From: Puccinia triticina
Lineage: Eukaryota
Direction of reading: 5' to 3'
Assembly: GCA_026914245.1 (NCBI GenBank)
Contig: CP110440.1
Coordinates: 2,852,001-2,916,000, forward strand
Length of the DNA: 64,000 nt
Position numbers and translations under genes: made by a program. A model generated the notes under the pieces. The model did not search any database, was not told the origin of the DNA, and saw only the letters and a program-made list of their open reading frames with translations. Shown piece by piece: positions 40,056 through 50,237 of this stretch (the stretch's first letter is position 1; every line of letters begins with the position of its first letter).

Positions 40056-41093
40056 AGGTTTTGGCTTTGGCCGGCGCGTTTCCTGCGTTTTCTGTACATA
40101 TTGGTGGTGGTGTTTGTTCCATGGCGGTGGCGTTTTTGCCATGGTAGTGTTGGTCTGCGTTTGCTGTACATATCGGTGGTGGCGTTGGTTCCATGGCGGT
40201 GCCTTTTTTGCCATGGCAGTGTTGTTGTGGACGCGGTGGCAAGTCCAACTCAAAGCCAGAGGCCTGCGGGCTCGGGTATATAAGACCGCGAGCTGGCCAG
40301 TCAGATTCTCCCCCCAGCTGCATCCGTTTTGTCTGTAATTCCAGCTGGCGATGCGTCTCACGCTCTCCCGCTGCTGCTTTTGCATTTGCACAGCCTGGGG
40401 GGTTAAAGAGCTGGCCCCCACTTAGCAGATTGCCACCGCGCTGCTGGGGGCCTTCCTTACATACTGTTTGACCCATCCGGTGAGTTGGGCGGCAGTATGG
40501 GCCTGGGTGCAGCAGCTTCAGCTGGTGTTGGGCTAGGTTGTGTTTTTTGCAGAGGCTTTCCTCAGATAGGGGAAGCCTTTTTTGCTTTTGTGTGATTAAA
40601 AGATAGGGAAAACCCTTTCTTTGTTGTTTTGTGGATAAAAAATAGGGGAAACCCTTGAATTTTTTTCCCACAAAACTCTGGTTTTAATAGACTTGGATAT
40701 ATGACAATTCCATGGTATATTGTCAAAGGGGCTTGATTGATTGACTCCCAAAAATTAAATTCTGACTCCCAAAAAGTAATTTTTAAGAGTCAGAATTTAA
40801 TTCTTCTGCGTAGAATGGGAGTTGGAAATGTAATTTTACCAAAAATTACAATAATAAAGAAAAATTTATAACTTGTCACTGGGGCGCCCAAAGCCCACCA
40901 AAACTGGGCCTCTCAAGAGCACATGTTGAACTGCACGGCATTAGCACACCCCATTCCTGGGGTGTGCAATGTGGGTCTAATTTGGTGGATTTACTACAAA
41001 AGAAATACACCAAAACCTTAGCCATTGTGCTCCAAAGTGCCCCAAACCTTTGCAGCATCAAGTAAATTAATTGTGTGAATACTATTTCAACAT

Positions 41094-42619
41094 TGGATGT
41101 ACTTTGCGCACTGCAAAAAACTCGTCGCGCACTGCAGGGGGTGTCCACTTGACGTCCCGTCCACAGTGCGCGGTAGCTCAAAACGCTTCGCGCACTGCAA
41201 ACGCAAAACTATGAAATTCTCACTTTTTTTTCTGCCAGCCGGCAGAGGGGATTTTTCCTGCTCCTCAATCAAATTCTTGGAGAATTTGGAGCCCCCAGCG
41301 GGACACAAAAAAAGGATGAAAAATAAACACAAAAAATAACCTGAGCGCAGGCTCCCGCTCCCCGGGGAGCGCTCCTCCAGGGCTTTCAACCTGCCAAATA
41401 CTCACGGATCGGGTACACAGCCCCTTGAAAACAAAGTTTGAGGGCAGAAGCTCTGGCTGCCGTACCAATGGCCGGCACAGCCCGGTCATTGAGCGGCGTC
41501 TACACACTGGATCCCCCGATGACCGGCCAGGTGCAGTGCAGATTACCTGTCATCAAGGAGAATATGTACTCCTCTTGATGACCAGGTCGCTCCGGTCATT
41601 GGAAGGAGCACATAATTTACTCAATGACCGAGTCCACCCCGGTCATGGAGAGGAGTAAACCCTCGCCTTGATGACCGGGTCCGTTCCGGTCATTGAGAGT
41701 AGTGTTTTGACCGGAACGGACCCGGTCTTTTAGAGGAGTGCAAACTCTCCTTGATGACCAGGTCTGCTGCGGTTATTGAGAGTATAACATACTCCCCTCG
41801 CCGGTCATTGAGGAGTAACCACTGCCCTTGATGACCGGGTCCGGCTCCTCTTGTTGACCAGAGCAGACCCGTTCATTGAGGGGCTATTCTGGACATCATC
41901 AAGAGGGAGTGCATCCTCCCCTTAATGACCAGTTTGTTCTGGTAATCAAGAGAAGTGTTTCTCTCCTCTCAATGACCAGAACGGACCCGGCCATCGAGAG
42001 GAGTGTTTCTCTCCTCTCAATGACCGGAACGGACCCGGTCATTGAGGCGAGTGTTTACTCCTCTCCATGACCGGGGTGGACTCGGTCATTGAGTAAAGTA
42101 TGTGCTCCTTCCAATGACCGGAGCAACCCGGTCATTGAGAGGAGTACATATTCTCCTTGATGACCGGTAATCTGCACTGCACCTGGCCGGTCATTGGGGG
42201 ATCCAGTGTGTAGACGCCGTTCAATGACCGGGCTGTGCCGGCCATCGGTACGGCAGCCAGAGCTTCTGCCCTCAAACTTTGTTTTTGAGGGGCTGTGTAC
42301 CCGATCCGTGAGTATTTGGCAGGTTGAAAGCCCCGGAGGAGTGCTCCTGGAGGAGCGGGAGCCTGCGCTCAGGTTATTTTTTGTGTTTATTTTCCATCCT
42401 TTTTTTGTGTCCCGCTGGGGGCTCCAAATCCTCCAAGAATTTGATGGAGGAGCAGGAAAAATCCCCTCTGCAGGCTGGCAGAAGAAAAAGTGAAAATTTC
42501 ATAGTTTTGCATTTGCAGTGCGCGAAGCGTTTTGAGCTACCGCGCACTGTGGTCGGGACGTCGAGTGGACGCCCCCTGCAGTGCGCGACGAGTTTTTCGC
42601 AGTGCGCAAAGTACATCCG
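41094..42619. mobile_element. Foldback element (1526 bp) with ~600-bp inverted arms (Mutator-like architecture)
   Basis: (T/C)GGATGTACTTTGCGCACTGC...GCAGTGCGCAAAGTACATCCG; mirror ORFs 41097(+) and 42374(-); near-TSD TTCAACAT / TTCAAAAT. Confidence 0.85.
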
Positions 42620-44630
42620 TTCAAAATATTATCTAAGTATATTAAATCCACACTTTTGTGGAAATTTGTATCATGGGCTCACCCTCCTCCTTTCCCTGTT
42701 GTTGTTTTTGGCTTTTATAGGGCCACAACGCAGTCTCCGCGGGAGCAAGTGCACTCTGCCGCCTCAATTCTTTGCGGCACAGGACTTGATTTTTGTGTGC
42801 AGCAGACAGGACATGCTTTGACCAGGTTTTTGTGCCTCCTGATTGGGGACATATGTTACAATAGTACACATTTTCCTTGCAGGTGCAATCTAGCTCAAAC
42901 ATCAAAAGAAAATTCAGTTGGGTTTTCAAGTAGCCAGTAAAGAAGGGGGGATCACTGACCTGGAGGCTGGAGTGCCTAAAGGATGCATGGCAGGGATCTG
43001 CGGCGGAATGAGATGGGCCAGGCCGCAAAGGGGCTGGTGGATTATTGGTTGGATTGGCTGCTGTGCGGGCAAGGTGCCAGAGCTGGGTTGGATGAGGCAA
43101 AACTTGGAAGAAACAAGTGCTTCAACTCACGTTGAGTGAGTCAAAGCGGGCGTGCCCTATGTATTAGCCCTGTGTCGACCGCAACACATGTTGCAGCAGC
43201 CTCAAGGGTTCCCCCTATGACACAGCTAGGCCGGCTCGATGGTGGTATGGCCCTGCCCAGGCTAAGACCTCATCTGGGAGCCGTTGAGGCGTGTGAGGAA
43301 TTGATTCGACGATGTGACGCACCCCAGGGCACCCACATGTGATGGCGCCTTGGGGACGCTTGCGACCCCAGGGCGCCACAAGTGTGACAGTCGGGGTGGG
43401 TGTTGCGGCTGCTGGAGCCTTGCCGTGGCAGTCCACCCCGGCGTCCCCATTGCGCCGCGGCCGGTTTTGGCTCTATGACGTACATGGGGGGACCAGGAAT
43501 TTTGGTGGCCACCTGGTGTACGCCACAAAGGGAGTCACTGCAACTCTGGGTTACCGTGGCGTCCTTCCGGGTGAGACCAATCATCTGTGGGCACGAGATG
43601 GGTGACGGATTGGTCGCAAAGATAAATAGAGGGGTTGTTGGGTGAGCTCCTCCTCCCCCCAGGTCAAGCTCCCCTGTTACATTTGTGCAGGTTGAAATTG
43701 ACCTCCTTGTGTAACCCCTCCCTTCCTTGCACTTGCCGGGGGCATGGGGTTCATAAGACCAAGTTTGGTTCCCCTGTTGCGCTTGCGCAGACTGAACAAT
43801 TGACCCGTGCCATTCCCTTTGTGGTGGCCCTGGGATAGAAAAGGATTATAACCTCCCCTTAGCATTTGCCAAGGCTGAGGAAACATTACATGAATATTTT
43901 TGCTTTGAAAATTTTTTTACAACACTTTCACCTCCCGTGCTGCGCTTGCGCAGGCTGAGCAAAATCTCCTCGGTAGAAATCCATTTTTACCCACGCCACT
44001 TGCCCTCCTCCATCCCCTTGCATTTGCAACAGGCAGAGGGGGTTAACCCCGGTCCCTTTTCATTCATGGTTGATGGATTGGGGGATCAGTCTGAGACATT
44101 TGTGTTTGGGGACTTTAATTTAAATTTTCACGGCAATCAAGTCAAACATACTCCTGTCTGAGAATATGGGAAATGGGGTAAAGCAGAATTGGGCCTTGGC
44201 ACCACTATTGGGCCCCTTTGGGAGGCTTTTTGGGAAAGGAGGAGGGTGAACCCATGATCCAAATTTCCACAAAAGTGTGGATTTAATATGCTTAGATATC
44301 ATGGAAGAACTCCCATGCTGTGCTGAATATAGTGGCAGAAACAACAAGAAACTATCAAATTAGTGATATTTGGCAACTGATCACATTGTGGCTGCTACAT
44401 TTGGGGGTTTTGTGGTCATTCAAGGTACACCATGATCCCTTGAGGCCATTTGATCATTTTTATACCAATATCATGGAAGAACTCCCATGCTGCGCTGAGA
44501 TATAGTGGGAGGAACACCAGGAAACTACCAAATTAGTGATATTTGGCAACGGATCACATTGTAGCTGCTACATTTGGGGTTTTGTGGTCATTCAAGGTAC
44601 AAATTGGGACTTTGAGGGCATGTGAACATT

Positions 44631-47610
44631 TAATTTGGTAGTTTCTTGCTGTTTCTGCCAGCGTGGGAAGTCTTCCATGATACTGGTACCAAAATAATTA
44701 GATGCCCTCAAAGATTCATTTTTTACCTTGAATGACCACAAAACCCCCAAATGTATTAGCCACAATGTGATCAGTTGCAAATATCACTAATTTGGTGGTT
44801 TCTTGGTGTTTCTGCCACTATATCTCAGCGCAGCGTGGGATTTCTTCCATGATATTGGTACCAAAGTGATCAAATGCGGTCAAAGATTCATTGTGTACCT
44901 TGAATGACCACAAAGCCCCCAAATGAAGCAGCCACAATGTGGTCAGTTGCCAAATATCACTAATTTGGTAGTTTCTTGGTGTTTCTGCCACTATATCTCA
45001 GCGCAGCATGGGAGTTCTTCCATGATATTGGTATAAAAATGATCAAATGGCCTCAAGGGATCATGGTGTATTTTGAATGACCTCAAAACCTCCAAATGTA
45101 GCGGCCACAATGTGATCAGTTGCCAAACATCACTAATTGGGTAGTTTCTTGGTGTTTCTCCCACTAAATCTCATTGCAGCGTGGGAGTTCTTCCATGATA
45201 TTGGTACCAAAATGTTCACATACCCTCAAAGTCCCAATTTGTACCTTGAATGACCACAAAACCCCCAAATGTAGCAGCCACAATGTGATCAGTTGCCAAA
45301 TATGACTAATTTGGTAGTTTCTTGGTGTTTCTGCCTCTATATCTCAGTGGAGCATGGGAGTTCTTTCATGATATTGGTACAAAAATGATCAAATGGCCTC
45401 AAGGGATCATGGTGTACCTTGAATGACCTCAAAACTTCCAAATATAGCAGCCACAATGTGATCAGTTGCCAAATATGACTAATTTGGTAGTTTCTTGGTG
45501 TTTCTGCCACTATATCTCAGCGCAGCGTGAAAGGATCTTCCATTATATTGGTACCAAAATGAGCAAATGCGGTCAAAGATTCATTTTTTACTTTGAATGA
45601 CCACAAAACCCACAAATGTAGCAGCCACAATGTGGTCAGTTGCCAAATATCACTAATTTGGTAGTTTCCTGGTGTTTCTCCCACTATACCTCAGTGCAGC
45701 GTGGGAGTTCTTCCATGATATTGGTACCAAAATGTTTGCATGCCCTCAAAAATTCATTGTGTACCTTGAATGACCACAGAACCCCCAAATTTAGCAGCCA
45801 CAATGTGATCAGTTGCCAAGTATGACTAATTTGGTAGTTTCTTGGTGTTTTGGCCACTATATCTCAGCGCAGCGTGGAATTCTTCCATGATATTGGTACC
45901 AAAATGCTCACATGCCCTCAAAGATTCATTGTGTGCCCTGAATGACCACAAAACCCCCAAATGTAGCAGCCACAACGTAATCAGTTGCCCAATATCACTA
46001 ATTTGGTAGTTTCTTGGTGTTGCTGCCACTATATCTCAGCGCAGCATGGGAGTTCTTCCATGATATTGGTATAAAAATGATCAAATGGCCTCAAGGGATC
46101 ATGGTGTACCTTGAATGACCTCAAAACCTCCAAATGTAGCGGCCACAATGTGATCAGTTGCCAAACATCACTAATTGGGTAGTTTCTTGGTGTTTCTCCC
46201 ACTAAATCTCATTGCAGCGTGGGAGTTCTTCCATGATATTGGTACCAAAATGTTCACATACCCTCAAAGTCCCAATTTGTACCTTGAATGACCACAAAAC
46301 CTCCAAATGTAGCAGCCACAATGTGATCAGTTGCCAAATATGACTAATTTGGTAGTTTCTTGGTGTTTCTGCCTCTATATCTCAGTGGAGCATGGGAGTT
46401 CTTTCATGATATTGGTACAAAAATGATCAAATGGCCTCAAGGGATCATGGTGTACCTTGAATGACCTCAAAACTTCCAAATATAGCAGCCACAATGTGAT
46501 CAGTTGCCAAATATGACTAATTTGGTAGTTTCTTGGTGTTTCTCCCACTATACCTCAGTGCAGCGTGGGAGTTCTTCCATGATATTGGTACCAAAATGTT
46601 TGCATGCCCTCAACAATTCAATGTGTACCTTGAATGACCACAGAACCCCCAAATTTAGCAGCCACAATGTGATCAGTTGCCAAATATGACAAATTTGGTA
46701 GTTTCTTGGTGTTTTGGCCACTATATCTCAGCGCAGCGTGGAATTCTTCCATGATATTGGTACCAAAATGCTCACATGCCCTCAAAGATTCATTGTGTGC
46801 CCTGAATGACCACAAAACCCCCAAATGTAGCAGCCACAACGTAATCAGTTGCCCAATATCACTAATTTGGTAGTTTCTTGGTGTTGCTGCCACTATATCT
46901 CAGCGCAGCATGGGAGTTCTTCCATGATATTGGTATAAAAATGATCAAATGGCCTCAAGGGATCATGGTGTACCTTGAATGACCTCAAAACCTCCAAATG
47001 TAGCGGCCACAATGTGATCAGTTGCCAAATATGACTAATTTGGTAGTTTCTTGGTGTTTCTCCCACTATACCTCAGTGCAGCGTGGGAGTTCTTCCATGA
47101 TATTGGTACCAAAATGTTTGCATGCCCTCAACAATTCATTGTGTACCTTGAATGACCACAGAACCCCCAAATTTAGCAGCCACAATGTGATCAGTTGCCA
47201 AATATGACTAATTTGGTAGTTTCTTGGTGTTTTGGCCACTATATCTCAGCGCAGCGTGGAATTCTTCCATGATATTGGTACCAAAATGCTCACATGCCCT
47301 CAAAGATTCATTGTGTGCCCTGAATGACCACAAAACCCCCAAATGTAGCAGCCACAACGTAATCAGTTGCCCAATATCACTAATTTGGTAGTTTCTTGGT
47401 GTTTCTGCCACTATATCTCAGCGCAGCGTGGAGTTCTTCCATGACATTGATACCAAAATGTTTGCATGCCCTCAAAGATTCATTGTGTACCTTGAATGAC
47501 CACAAAACCCCCAAATGTAGCGCCACAATGTGATCAGTTGCCAAATATCACTGATTTGTTAGTTTCTTGGTGTTTCTGCCACTATATCTCAGTGCAGCAT
47601 GGGAGTTCTT
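44631..47610 (-). repeat. Inverted block of the 173-bp satellite (~17 units)
   Basis: Reverse-complement units begin abruptly at GAACATT|TAATTTGGTAG and end at GGGAGTTCTT|TGAAAGCTG. Confidence 0.95.
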
Positions 47611-48233
47611 TGAAAGCTGTACCCAAATAATCTTTGGAAATGGATGAATATCCTGGTCCCAATATCATGAATTAATCACCATTTGCGGTTGAGATATAGT
47701 GGCGGAAACACAAAGAAAACCCCAATTTGGTGATATTTTGAGACTCATCAGACTGTAGCTGCCACATTTTGGGATTTTCATGGTCAAGAGCTGACCCAAA
47801 TTACTCTCATGGTCTAGAGTCAACCTAAATTACTCTCTCACACCAGGGAAGAAAGTGTTGCACTCCCTAGAGAGTGCCAGACCGTAAATTTAATATTCAA
47901 CTGGTCTGAAGTCAGTTCAATGTCAGTGTGCAACTTTTGTTTGATTGTCTCCACAACTCATTGGAAACTATTTCCCATGCGTACAATGATTTGATGTGAC
48001 AAATATTTTGAACTCATGAGTCACGTTATATGAATTGCTGTTCAACTGTATTCTATCTTATTCATAAGTTTAGATTTTATTATCTTTCATATGATGATTT
48101 GGCAGAACATGCCAATGTCTGAGGTTCAGTTCCCTCTCCATAAGCATTGAAGTTTCCTGTCAACAGAGAGCATCTGCAACAAGTATGTTCAGAGGGGCTC
48201 GTTATGTATGTAGGCCAATTGGGTATCACTCAC

Positions 48234-48447
48234 CAGAGATGACCCATTGGCCCCCACTGCGGCAACGTGTCACCCTTCAGCAGGTACCTGTGTGCTGTTT
48301 CAGGTACCCACGGCCAGTGTGGAGGTATTTCTATAAACTCATACTAAAATGGAACCCCCAACTGCTGCCATTGGTAACTGCAAGCATACACAGAAACCTG
48401 CTGAAGGGTGACAGGTACCCGCTGCAGGTGCCAATGTGACATCTCTG
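48234..48447. mobile_element. Small hAT-like hairpin MITE (214 bp)
   Basis: CAGAGATG...CATCTCTG; degenerate 8-bp TSD TCACTCAC / TCACACAT. Confidence 0.55.
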
Positions 48448-50024
48448 TCACACATCCAAGCGGTTTTGGAATGAAGTGTATATACATTTGTATGAAGGCT
48501 TATGCCATTGTCTTCTCTCCCTTTTTCTTGCAGGGCTGGCTTCCTCCAAAAATGTTGGTGTGAAGTCCATGTGTAGTTTGAGGCACAGGAACCAGGTTAT
48601 TGGGAAGTAACAGCTTCCAATGATTGGTCTGTACCAGTCTTTGAGGGGAGTAAAACCCCCTCTGGAATACCGATCTGTGGTGTGCTGGCCATTGGGAGGA
48701 GCTGTAACCACCTTGATGACTGATACATGTGGTCATCAAGGGGAGTAACAACTCCCCCTGTCTGTACTGGTCTTTTGGAGGAGTAGTAACTTCCTTCGAT
48801 CACCAGTACAGGTGGTCATCGAGGAGACTAAGTAATGACTCCTCCTGATGACTGGTATGTACCGGTCATTGGGAGTAGGTGTAGCTCCCCTCAATGACCA
48901 GTACTGATTGGCCATTGAGGGGAGGTACATCTCCCAATGGCTGATATAAGTTGGTCATGGAGGAGTTACTCCCTTCAATGACCAGGTACTGGTACCAGTC
49001 CTCAAGGGGATTGACTCCTCCTGATGACTGATCTGTCCCGGTCATTGAGGAGAGTCTCCTCGATGACCGGTACAGACCAGTCATCAAGCGGAGTTGTAAC
49101 TCCTCCCGCCGACCAGCCTGTACCGGTCATGGAGGGGAGTAACAGCTCCTCCCGATGACTGGGACAGATCAGTTATCAGGAGGAGCTGTTACTCCCCTCA
49201 ATGACCACCTGTACCGGTCTTCGAAGGGAGTTACAACTCATCCCAATGATTGGTACAATTGGTCATCAAGAGGAGCTGTTACTCCCTTCCATGACTGGCA
49301 CAGGATGTCATCGAGGAGAGTTACAACTCTTCCCGATGACCGGTCATCGAGAGGAGTTGTAACTCCCTTCGAAGACATCCTGTGCCAGTCATGGAGGGGA
49401 GTTACACCTTCTCTTGATGACCGGTCTGTGCCGGTCATTGAGTGGAGTGACAGCTCCTCTCAATGACCGCTGTACGGTTCATCGAGAGGAGTCGTTACAC
49501 CTCTTGATGACCAACTGTACCGGTCATTGGGATGAGTTGCAACTCCCTTCGAAGACCAGTATAGGTGGTCATCAAGAGGTGTAACAGCTCCTCTCAATGA
49601 CCAACTCTACCAGTCATTGAGGGTAGCTCCCTACTCTCTTGATGACCAGCTGTACCAATCATTTGATTGGTAGAGCTGGTCATGGAGATTTATCTAGTCG
49701 GTCCCTTCCTCCTCCATGACCAGCTGTGAGTGAAACAATATAGTATACTCCACTGATGTTTGGCCAAGCATCATTGTACATACAGTGGACCATAAATACA
49801 TATGTCCACCCTAACGTTTGGCCGAACATTGTGGTGGACATGTCACGCTAGTGACAGGTAAGTGATCCTCTTGGCCAAGCAAACTCACCCCCAGCACTTC
49901 TCCCCAGTGACAAGCGGACTGAGCCCAGGGCTAACCTGGATCATGAGTGAACATTTGGGATCAGATGTAGCACCTGTGTGAGCATGTTGCAAAGGGGCTG
50001 GTCAGGGAGCAAGGACTAGGTCAC

Positions 50025-50237
50025 TAGAGATCTCAATTTGGCACCCATGGGCAGCTACCCACCACCCTTCAGAAGGTGCCTGGGAGCCCTTGCAGTACCC
50101 ATGGCCGGTGCAGAGCTCCTTCCTTGAATTTTGACTAAATTGGAACACCTTGAAACCCATATGAACCTGACAGGGCACACAGGTACCTGCTGAAGGGTGG
50201 CAGATACCTGCCAATGAGTGCCAAATGACCATCTCTA
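50025..50237. mobile_element. Small hAT-like hairpin MITE (213 bp), related to 48234
   Basis: TAGAGAT...ATCTCTA; shares CACCCTTCAG...CTGCTGAAGGGTG; no TSD seen. Confidence 0.5.

Larger units (their letters stand above)
38157..44296 (-). mobile_element. Non-autonomous composite Helitron (6140 bp)
   Basis: Minus strand reads A|TCTAAG...hairpin GCGGC-AAA-GCCGC...CTAG|T. No TSD; removal restores the satellite TACTAA|TATCATGG exactly. Confidence 0.85.
28864..44630 (+). repeat. 173-bp tandem satellite, ~36 units in five segments separated by insertions
   Basis: GATATAGTGGCAGAAACACCAAGAAACTACCAAATTAG recurs at 29068, 29241, 29414, 29588 and 29761. Confidence 0.97.

Noticed and set aside
28864..47610. 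CRISPR-like repeat-spacer array (constant part plus variable segment)
   Set aside because: The variable segments are a few recurring homologous variants rather than unique spacers, the unit is 173 bp, the context is eukaryotic, and there are no cas genes.
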